In this document: positions 18,667 through 24,515 of the stretch, piece by piece | How positions within the stretch are numbered: the first letter of the stretch is position 1 | How the letters are laid out: the number at the start of each line of letters is the position of its first letter | Virus record (IMG/VR): IMGVR_UViG_3300045988_027937 | Location: 1-30,848 of that record | Origin: a virus | DNA: 30,848 nt | Reading direction: 5' to 3' (one strand) | Position numbers and translations under genes: made by a program | The notes under the pieces: model-generated | What the model saw: the letters and a program-made list of their open reading frames with translations, nothing else | Told to the model about the DNA's origin: nothing | Databases searched by the model: none

Positions 18667-18951
18667 ATGGACAACAACAAACAGTGCGACGGCTGCCAAG
18701 GAGCGGCAAATGTGCCTTACGCAGCATTCGAGGCAGTGTCTGCCAGGGCGGAGCGGAACATTCGGCGGCTGGCTTTGATTATCGTTTTTTTGATCCTTGC
18801 GCTAATCGGTTCAAACATTGCTTGGCTGTGCTATGAGAGCCAGTTTGACGATGTCACAAATCAAACAGAGCAAACGGTAACGCAAGACACGGCAGGCGGT
18901 GGCGATAACAATTTCGTAGGCGGTGATTTGGTTGGCACGACAGACGATTAA
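18667..18951 (+). CDS. Single-pass membrane protein (lysis-region accessory)
   Basis: 94 aa with a central TM segment (LALIIVFLILALIGSNIAWLCY). RBS AAGGGAGGA. Confidence 0.5.
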   Translation: MDNNKQCDGCQGAANVPYAAFEAVSARAERNIRRLALIIVFLILALIGSNIAWLCYESQFDDVTNQTEQTVTQDTAGGGDNNFVGGDLVGTTDD

Positions 18952-19054
18952 AACAAGAACTGTCACGCGCAGAAGAGTGCGAAAGACAGGCGGGAATTCA
19001 GGCTACAAAAAATGCCCGACTTGCAAAGGCAGCGGGCGGGTGAGGTCAAGATGA
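18932..19054 (+). CDS. Possible small basic zinc-finger peptide (40 aa, CxxCxGxG)
   Basis: A TTG start gives MARQTIKTRTVTRRRVRKTGGNSGYKKCPTCKGSGRVRSR, with a DnaJ-type CPTCKGSG motif. The RBS is weak and the ORF overlaps the previous gene's end. Confidence 0.3.
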   Translation: MARQTIKTRTVTRRRVRKTGGNSGYKKCPTCKGSGRVRSR

Positions 19055-19055
19055 G

Positions 19056-19277
19056 GTGGAGCAGATGAGGGCTGACGATGTGGCAGATCCGTCAAGAGAA
19101 CAGTGGGAGCACTTGATAGAGCAGTACATTTTCAACGAGCAGCACCGCCGGATATTCAAGCGCAGGTGGCTTGACGGCGTTTGTTTTGAACCGCTGGCGG
19201 AGGAGTTTGACATTTCTGTCCGGCACGCACAGAACATCGTCTACAAGTGCGAAAAGAAAATTTTGCGCCACATTTGA
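19056..19277 (+). CDS. Sigma-70 region-4-like HTH transcription regulator (candidate late-gene activator)
   Basis: 73 aa. RRIFKRRWLDGVCFEPLAEEFDISVRHAQNIVYKCEKKILRHI fits the region 4.2 pattern (R..f......G.s..eiAe...is...v.....ra..kl). Confidence 0.6.
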   Translation: MEQMRADDVADPSREQWEHLIEQYIFNEQHRRIFKRRWLDGVCFEPLAEEFDISVRHAQNIVYKCEKKILRHI

Positions 19278-19287
19278 CAGCCGGCCG

Positions 19288-19316
19288 TTGACAAGACCGC
19301 CGCAATCGGCTATAAT
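19288..19316 (+). promoter_or_regulatory. Perfect consensus sigma-A promoter TTGACA-17-TATAAT with no ORF behind it
   Basis: TTGACA at 19288-19293, 17-nt spacer, TATAAT at 19311-19316. Confidence 0.7.
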
Positions 19317-19322
19317 GATGTT

Positions 19323-19500
19323 GTTGGTAGAGCGGCCACCCGAAGCGCCGTATTTCTGCTGGACTGAGCGTTTGCTCTGCGCCAGGCAGCGGGTAACTAT
19401 CAACACGTCGGACGGCAACCCGACAAGCATATTCTTTTCTCCTTACAAGAATGTGACGAGCAGAAGGAAACACCCGGTCAACTGGCTGGGTGTTTTCTTT
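19323..19500 (+). ncRNA. Candidate ~180-nt non-coding RNA or attenuator leader
   Basis: It is bounded by the consensus promoter and an intrinsic terminator, has no SD-preceded ORF, and contains local hairpins (for example GTCGG-N8-CCGAC around 19408-19425). Confidence 0.4.
19468..19500 (+). terminator. Rho-independent terminator
   Basis: AAACACCC (19468-19475) pairs with GGGTGTTT (19488-19495), with inner pairs in the loop, followed by TCTTT. Confidence 0.6.
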
Positions 19501-19640
19501 ATGCCAAGAAAGCCACCGCTGGGACACTTGCCGTGGATCACTGACAGATGTGCGGGTGGCATAATCGCCTTTATTTTACGATGAGATTTTGGAAAAGTCA
19601 AAAAATATAGAAAAAGTATTGAAAAAGTATAAAAAAAGTA

Positions 19641-19669
19641 TTGACTTTTGCCGCCGAATGTGGTATTAT
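19641..19669 (+). promoter_or_regulatory. Early promoter TTGACT-17-TATTAT (TGn extended -10) with phased A-tract repeats upstream
   Basis: TTGACT at 19641-19646 and TATTAT at 19664-19669, preceded by TGG. Three AAAAAGTAT repeats lie at 19611-19641. It shares 21 nt (ATAAAAAAAGTATTGACTTTT) with the promoter at 24159. Confidence 0.7.
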
Positions 19670-19725
19670 ATAATCACAGGGAGGGGGAAAGGAACCCCGA
19701 CCGAAGCTGAAAGGAGAACAACACA

Positions 19726-19926
19726 ATGGAAAAGATTTACAGATTTTACAACGACACAAAAACAACATCCAGCATTTTAGAATTGATCGATATTGACATT
19801 GCAACAGGAAAGGTCAAAGGTCGTGACATTTATACTGGTAGAAGGGTAACGGTTAAAAGAAGCAATGTTCTTGATCGAGCATATTTAACTGAATATGAAG
19901 CGGCCAGAAGATTAAAAAAGGCATAA
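19726..19926 (+). CDS. Hypothetical early protein (66 aa)
   Basis: RBS AAAGGAG lies 8 nt upstream of the ATG. Confidence 0.6.
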   Translation: MEKIYRFYNDTKTTSSILELIDIDIATGKVKGRDIYTGRRVTVKRSNVLDRAYLTEYEAARRLKKA

Positions 19927-19961
19927 ATAAAAAAAGTGCTTTATTGAAAGGAGAACAAAAA

Positions 19962-20216
19962 ATGACAGATAGTGAAAGACTTGCAGCAATTAGACAAGCA
20001 TTGAAAGAACACGGATACAGCAACCGCAAGGTTGGCGTTCGGTATGACGGATATGCCATTTGGCTGACAATCAAAGATTTGGCCATTGACATCAAAGAAA
20101 TTGAGCAACTCACAAAAGGCTATGAAAGCTACGAGCGAGACGAGTTCACCGGCGAGATCTTAAGCGGCGGAAACACTTTTGTGTTTGTTAATTACGCTTA
20201 CGGCTTAACGGCTTAA
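19962..20216 (+). CDS. Hypothetical early protein (84 aa)
   Basis: ATG at 19962 after GAAAGGAG. The track ORF starts earlier, at TTG 19944. Confidence 0.6.
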   Translation: MTDSERLAAIRQALKEHGYSNRKVGVRYDGYAIWLTIKDLAIDIKEIEQLTKGYESYERDEFTGEILSGGNTFVFVNYAYGLTA

Positions 20217-20294
20217 ATGCTTCTGCTGGGGTTGAGCACATCAGCCCCAGCCCACATAATAAGCTGGCGAGCTGAAACGCGGAAGGAGAAAGTT

Positions 20295-20687
20295 ATGAAC
20301 GCATATATCGTGAGAACCGCAAAAGACAAGAAAGAGATCAAACGCTTCGACACATTGAAGGACGCTTTTGAAGCTATCGAGCGCTACGAGGAGCGGGACG
20401 AAAAGGCTGGAACATTCACCAAGTGGGCTTATGAAGTCGCCTATGAGGGCACCTGGTATAGTGTGGCTGACATCGACATTCGAAAGAACGGCGAGACCGG
20501 CGACGAGGAGCTGCTTTGGATTGGAGACAACGAACAGGAGGCGCTGGAGGCATTTGAGCGGCTGTGCTGGGAGAACCGTCACAATATGAAGAACCGCCGC
20601 ATTGAACTTCGCAAGATGGATTACGACCCGAGAGACCCGGAACGCTGCATTGAGGGCTACGACGACTTGAAGAAGATGGAGGGCTAA
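20295..20687 (+). CDS. Hypothetical early protein (130 aa, highly charged)
   Basis: ATG at 20295 after GGAAGGAG. The 5' extension in the track has no RBS. Confidence 0.6.
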   Translation: MNAYIVRTAKDKKEIKRFDTLKDAFEAIERYEERDEKAGTFTKWAYEVAYEGTWYSVADIDIRKNGETGDEELLWIGDNEQEALEAFERLCWENRHNMKNRRIELRKMDYDPRDPERCIEGYDDLKKMEG

Positions 20688-20691
20688 TGCG

Positions 20692-21015
20692 ATGGACATT
20701 CACCAGACAATCTACTGGCACCTTGGCGGCTATTCGACAAAGCTGTTCGGCAAAAACAAGCGTGTGCTGCCGGAGTACAGCCGTTATATGGCGGTGCTGC
20801 TGCAACACTTGTTAGACGGAGAGCGGCATTTCTACATTTGCCGCCGACACGGAGAGAGCCGAACAGAGTTGGCATTTTTGAACGCCTTACATATCAAGGG
20901 CGCGTCGGAATTTACTCCGGACAAGATTTGGCTAAAGCTGGACGGCAGACGGAAAGAAGTCAAGCGGCTGATTGAACTTGCCGAGCACTTGGAAAGAGAG
21001 GCGACAAAGCAATGA
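20692..21015 (+). CDS. Hypothetical early protein (107 aa)
   Basis: GGAGGG lies 8 nt upstream of the ATG. Confidence 0.6.
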   Translation: MDIHQTIYWHLGGYSTKLFGKNKRVLPEYSRYMAVLLQHLLDGERHFYICRRHGESRTELAFLNALHIKGASEFTPDKIWLKLDGRRKEVKRLIELAEHLEREATKQ

Positions 21016-21314
21016 GAAATGCAATATCTGCCGTGCTGCGGTGGCTTGGTTGTGCGGTGGCCTGCGTGGGCTTCTGCTTGGTTTCAGAGCGGTTTTGGTG
21101 GTTGCCTATACCGTTTATAGTCTTTGGCAGTTTAACCGTCTTAGCGGGCGTTATGCTTGCCGTAGACGATTGGGAGGACGATGGGCACAAAAAAGACGAC
21201 CAGCAGCAGCCAGTCGCCCGAATTACAGACTTTCAGCAGACCTATTTACTTGCTTGCTCACTTGGCAAGGATGAGGACGGCTCCAGTGCGTCCAACCGGA
21301 GCATTGCGGAGTGA
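21012..21314 (+). CDS. Small membrane protein (two TM segments)
   Basis: ATGA coupling to the previous gene. Its 3' end overlaps the convergent minus-strand ORF by 73 nt. Confidence 0.5.
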   Translation: MRNAISAVLRWLGCAVACVGFCLVSERFWWLPIPFIVFGSLTVLAGVMLAVDDWEDDGHKKDDQQQPVARITDFQQTYLLACSLGKDEDGSSASNRSIAE

Positions 21315-21577
21315 TAGAGCGCTGGAGCGATCACCTGGAGCGTGTCCATTAGCTCGTCCATAAGGTCGAGAACCTGGCAGGTGTCCAATCCGTCAGCGGC
21401 AGCCAAGAAGTCGCTGGAGCCGTCAGTGCTCACAGGCTTGGTGGACTTGCTTGCACCGCCAGTAAGGTGGTCACGGACGATATATAGCCAGGCAAGGCGC
21501 TCAACCGTTGCCCAGGTCGTGTCGTGGTTGCGTTCCAGGTCGAGTATATCTTGATTGAGTATATCCAAAGAAATCAT
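21242..21577 (-). CDS. Hypothetical protein (111 aa)
   Basis: ATG at 21577, preceded on the minus strand by GAAAGGAAAAAG. The track's 21616 start lacks an RBS. Confidence 0.5.
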   Translation of the reverse strand: MISLDILNQDILDLERNHDTTWATVERLAWLYIVRDHLTGGASKSTKPVSTDGSSDFLAAADGLDTCQVLDLMDELMDTLQVIAPALYHSAMLRLDALEPSSSLPSEQASK

Positions 21578-21608
21578 AGCTTTTTCCTTTCGTATTGGGG
21601 GTGATAAA

Positions 21609-21743
21609 ATGAACAAAGAGGTTGTTTTCGTTTACACTTTCGCAGACGGGTATCGCTGCTGGTGTGCTGGGTTCGATAAAGTCGAATCGCAACACGCAGA
21701 AGCAAAGCACGGAAAGCTGGTCAATGTGCAGCGGGAATATTAA
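21609..21743 (+). CDS. Small hypothetical protein (44 aa)
   Basis: It encodes MNKEVVFVYTFADGYRCWCAGFDKVESQHAEAKHGKLVNVQREY. A GGGGGTGA RBS-like sequence lies upstream, and a terminator follows. Confidence 0.4.
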   Translation: MNKEVVFVYTFADGYRCWCAGFDKVESQHAEAKHGKLVNVQREY

Positions 21744-21749
21744 GAAACA

Positions 21750-21780
21750 GGGCAGAGCGAAAGGCTCCGCCCTTTTTTTT
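21750..21780 (+). terminator. Intrinsic terminator (probably bidirectional) between the convergent genes
   Basis: GGGCAGAGC/GCTCCGCCC stem with one mismatch, followed by T8 (21773-21780). On the minus strand the same hairpin is followed by TGTTTCTT. Confidence 0.65.
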
Positions 21781-22339
21781 AGGCTGTCACAACGCCATAA
21801 TTCAGAGAATATCTTGCGAGCAATCCGTCTTGCTCTGCGCAGATCGCAGCAAGGTCATAATCCAGGCACTCTAAGTTTATGCGCTGTCTTTCGACGCGTT
21901 CCAACTCGCAGTCTACCGACTGAACAAGTTTCTTGACTTCACAAGACGCGGCAACTTCGCCAAGTTCGTGCAAGTCTGCGTATGCCTGTTCGTAAAGCTT
22001 CTTGGTTTCGGTTTCCCAAGAGTGCCAGCGTAGAAATGCGTCGCGAACGGCTTTGCGTTTGGTTCCTGCGTCCACTTGCTGGCGGGTATATCCGCGCCAA
22101 GCGTCTGGAATGATCTCCGGGTCTTTGGCGGTCACTTCCGGCAGCAGATGATTGAAGCGCGAGACGAAATACAGGGCAGTTTTTTGATGTTCAAAAAACT
22201 CGGACATCGCCTGGCATTCTTGCTGTCGCTGATAGCCGCAAAGGTTCAAGAATCCGAAATATTCAGCCAGCTGGCTGTGCAGCATTATTCCCTCGATTTG
22301 GTGGGCATTTATGCGCCCAAAAATTTCACTTGCAGTCAT
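21779..22339 (-). CDS. Ferritin-like four-helix-bundle protein (tentative); last gene of the minus-strand operon
   Basis: 186 aa, all-helical. INAHQIEGIMLHSQLAEYFGFLNLCGY...MSEFFEHQK and RWHSWETETKKLYEQAY resemble ferritin/Dps helices A-C, but the metal-ligand spacing is not canonical. Confidence 0.35.
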   Translation of the reverse strand: MTASEIFGRINAHQIEGIMLHSQLAEYFGFLNLCGYQRQQECQAMSEFFEHQKTALYFVSRFNHLLPEVTAKDPEIIPDAWRGYTRQQVDAGTKRKAVRDAFLRWHSWETETKKLYEQAYADLHELGEVAASCEVKKLVQSVDCELERVERQRINLECLDYDLAAICAEQDGLLARYSLNYGVVTA

Positions 22340-22351
22340 AGGCGGCCGCCT

Positions 22352-22753
22352 TTACAGTTTTTCTACCGTCACGGACAGGTTGTTGACAACGGCAGTAGAA
22401 CCGCCAAGCACAAAGGACAGAATGGAACTGTCACATCCGCAGGCATTGCGGAGAATGGCGCTCACTGTCAGCGTAACGGTTTCGTTTACAGCGGCTGTGG
22501 TGGCGCTTGAAGTTGCGCCGATCACGGAGACGCCGTCCTTTTGGGCTGTCAAAGAAACAGTGCCAGCAGCAGGAGGCGTAACGGTGGCCACGGCGGTCAC
22601 CTTGTAATAGCCGCTTCCGCAAAGCGTGATTGTGTTGCCGTCCTGCCGGATGTTACAGCCAAAGCGGCGTGAGGTCACTCCAACAGGAATAACGCTGCCG
22701 GCCGTGATTGTGGGTTCGGTGGTATTTGTTACATAAATTGCAGATTTTGACAT
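22352..22753 (-). CDS. BclA-C-terminal-domain / C1q-TNF-like jelly-roll protein (stand-alone, no collagen repeats)
   Basis: 133 aa. The pattern AGSVIPVGVTSRRFGCNIRQDGNTITLCGSGYYKVTAVATVTP..GTVSLTAQKDGVSVIGATSSATTAAVNETVTLTVSAIL...LSVTVEKL is typical of this fold. RBS GAAAGGAAAAA. Confidence 0.45.
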   Translation of the reverse strand: MSKSAIYVTNTTEPTITAGSVIPVGVTSRRFGCNIRQDGNTITLCGSGYYKVTAVATVTPPAAGTVSLTAQKDGVSVIGATSSATTAAVNETVTLTVSAILRNACGCDSSILSFVLGGSTAVVNNLSVTVEKL

Positions 22754-22781
22754 TTTAGTTTTTTCCTTTCGTAAAAGATTA

Positions 22782-22807
22782 GCGGGAGCAGCTTTTGCCG
22801 CCCCCGC
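22782..22807 (-). terminator. Strand-specific hairpin (partial terminator/attenuator) inside the minus-strand operon
   Basis: The minus-strand RNA GCGGGGGCGGC-AAAA-GCUGCUCCCGC forms an 11-bp stem with two G-U pairs, then UAAUCUUUU. On the plus-strand RNA the same positions are A-C mismatches. Confidence 0.4.
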
Positions 22808-22840
22808 CGGGTTAAATCCTCGCCGTGGTGGCGTGTGTTG

Positions 22841-23416
22841 TTAAATGTTGCAGCAGCTGTTACAGCCGCAGAACGGAGACGGGCCCGCATTGTACGCGTA
22901 GCTTGTCGGATAGCGCACGACGCCGCAAAAACGGCTGTCCATTTCAAGGCTTGTCACCTTGTCACGCAGCGCCTGGATCTCGTTCGTCTGAATCAGCTGC
23001 CGGGTGGCTTCGCCCTCTGCGTGAATCGCCGTTGTGATGTCGCAAGCGTTCTGATTCATCTGTGCAGACAGGTTGGCCGTCGCAAGCTGGTTCTTGCAGC
23101 AGCAGTCTGCCAGCTGGCCTTGGATTGCTCGACCCTCGGTCAAAATGCTGTTGTTCAGCGCGAAAGTGCTGTCGCAAATGCCGTTGCCGATAGTGTTCAG
23201 CCGGTCGTTCAGCTGGCCGAATTGCTGGCCGAACAGGATCTCCTGCTGGCTGGCAGCGGTTGCGTACTGGCCGAATTCGCCCTGTCGGTTCCAGCCGTTG
23301 CCGTTGAAGCCCCAAAACAGGAAGAGCAGGATCACCCACCAAGCACCGTTGCCGCCAAATGCGCCATTGTCGTCACCTACGGCTGCCCGCAGGTCGGAAA
23401 GTGAATAGTTATCCAT
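22841..23416 (-). CDS. Cys-rich single-pass membrane protein with a Gly-rich/hydrophobic YjcZ-like N-terminus
   Basis: 191 aa. It contains GAFGGNGAWWVILLFLFWGFNGNG, internal degenerate repeats each containing Cys (GICD, DCCCKN, NACDITTAI), and a C-terminal FCGCNSCCNI. RBS GAAAGGAAAA. Confidence 0.55.
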   Translation of the reverse strand: MDNYSLSDLRAAVGDDNGAFGGNGAWWVILLFLFWGFNGNGWNRQGEFGQYATAASQQEILFGQQFGQLNDRLNTIGNGICDSTFALNNSILTEGRAIQGQLADCCCKNQLATANLSAQMNQNACDITTAIHAEGEATRQLIQTNEIQALRDKVTSLEMDSRFCGVVRYPTSYAYNAGPSPFCGCNSCCNI

Positions 23417-23466
23417 TTTTTTGTTTTCCTTTCGTTAGATTTTTATAAAATGGGCTGTGCACCGCC

Positions 23467-23703
23467 TCATTTTAACATTGATTGGATTTGCTCCGCTTGG
23501 GCTTTCAACTGTTGAAATTGCTGTTGACTCATCTGCCCGGTGTTGAGCAAATTCTGTACAATCGCCTGCGGGTCTTTCCCACCAAGGGCTTTGCGGAATT
23601 CAGCAAGCTGCTGCAAGAAATTCCCGCCGTTATTTGCCGGCAGGTTCTGCGGCTGCTGCCCGCTGTTTGGTTTTCGCATTGCGTCCAGAATCGGGTTGCG
23701 CAT
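23467..23703 (-). CDS. Small Q-rich protein (78 aa)
   Basis: Strong SD GGAGGAG lies 7 nt upstream of the ATG at 23703. The start sits 74 nt inside the upstream ORF. Confidence 0.55.
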   Translation of the reverse strand: MRNPILDAMRKPNSGQQPQNLPANNGGNFLQQLAEFRKALGGKDPQAIVQNLLNTGQMSQQQFQQLKAQAEQIQSMLK

Positions 23704-24037
23704 TGATGATCTCCTCCAGTCTTGCTATGCGCTGTTCAAGGTCTGCGTTTGTCGGCTGTTGCGTCTGTTCGTGCGGTGTGATGTTGAATGCCGACACAGT
23801 CTTGTAACCTGCGCCGTCTGTCTTTACAAGCCACACAAGCGGCTGGCTTTCGTCCAGCAGTAATGCGCTGCTGTTCGGTGCCAGCGGGTAGGCCTGCGCT
23901 CCGTTCTCTCCGTTGACAGTGACCACATCACAACGCTGTTGCATTGCTTGATTTTGCTGCATTGCCGCAAGTCTGTCAGCGTATGGATTTCCGTAGGGCT
24001 GCACGCCCTGCATATATCCGTTGAATGTGTTATACAT
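23630..24037 (-). CDS. Hypothetical protein with a Q/N/Y/G-rich N-terminus, beta-rich core and C-terminal coiled coil; first gene of the minus-strand operon
   Basis: 135 aa. RBS GGAGGG lies 8 nt upstream of the ATG at 24037. Confidence 0.6.
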   Translation of the reverse strand: MYNTFNGYMQGVQPYGNPYADRLAAMQQNQAMQQRCDVVTVNGENGAQAYPLAPNSSALLLDESQPLVWLVKTDGAGYKTVSAFNITPHEQTQQPTNADLEQRIARLEEIINAQPDSGRNAKTKQRAAAAEPAGK

Positions 24038-24158
24038 TGACTGTTCCCTCCGTTTCTATCTCTATTTTAGAATTTTACAGTTTGTATTTCCACGAGCATA
24101 TCACGCAAGATTTATACCGATTGTATAAAAGAAATATAAGAAAGATATAAAAAAAGTA

Positions 24159-24187
24159 TTGACTTTTCCGCTTTTTGGGTGTAATAT
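24159..24187 (+). promoter_or_regulatory. Promoter TTGACT-17-TAATAT for the replication/recombination operon
   Basis: TTGACT at 24159-24164 and TAATAT at 24182-24187. The upstream 21 nt are identical to the promoter at 19641. Confidence 0.7.
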
Positions 24188-24234
24188 AGTAAATGTCAAA
24201 GGGAGAGTAACTTCCAGACGAAAGGAGAATATAT

Positions 24235-24495
24235 ATGAAAGAAATTAGACGAATTTCCGGCGCAAAAGTAAGACAGGCTTGCATTGAACACGATTGGTTC
24301 ACTTGCGGAGATATTGACGCATACAATGCTCTTTTTGAATTCGTAGGTGACATTAATCGTGAGGGCAAAAATGTTAGCAAGGCTCGACTTGAGTGCATTG
24401 CTGAAATGATAAAAGATAATAGCGAAACGGATTATAACATTCCAGAGATTATGTTCGTACTGAACGCAGAATGTTGCACCACTTATTTTGAATGA
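24235..24495 (+). CDS. Hypothetical protein (86 aa)
   Basis: RBS AAAGGAG lies upstream of the ATG. Confidence 0.6.
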   Translation: MKEIRRISGAKVRQACIEHDWFTCGDIDAYNALFEFVGDINREGKNVSKARLECIAEMIKDNSETDYNIPEIMFVLNAECCTTYFE

Positions 24496-24515
24496 CTAAA
24501 AAGGAGGAAGACAAA

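Noticed and set aside
19323-19345. tRNA-like string GTTGGTAGAGCGG at the start of the candidate RNA
   Set aside because: Only the D-loop-like words are present. There is no complementary D stem, acceptor stem or GTTCxAxxC T-loop, so it is not a tRNA.
19171-19584. 137-aa plus-strand ORF covering the 19.2-19.6 kb gap
   Set aside because: It starts inside the sigma-like gene in another frame, spans the consensus promoter and reads through the intrinsic terminator. It has no SD, and its composition (R/W/C/P-rich) looks non-coding.
22835-23404. 189-aa plus-strand ORF opposite the Cys-rich membrane protein
   Set aside because: There is no SD before its start, and its A/V/R-rich composition looks like a shadow frame. 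The minus-strand ORF has the shared CGAAAGGAAAA RBS and a coherent TM-plus-repeat architecture. The call is still worth confirming (see the finding for 22841-23416).
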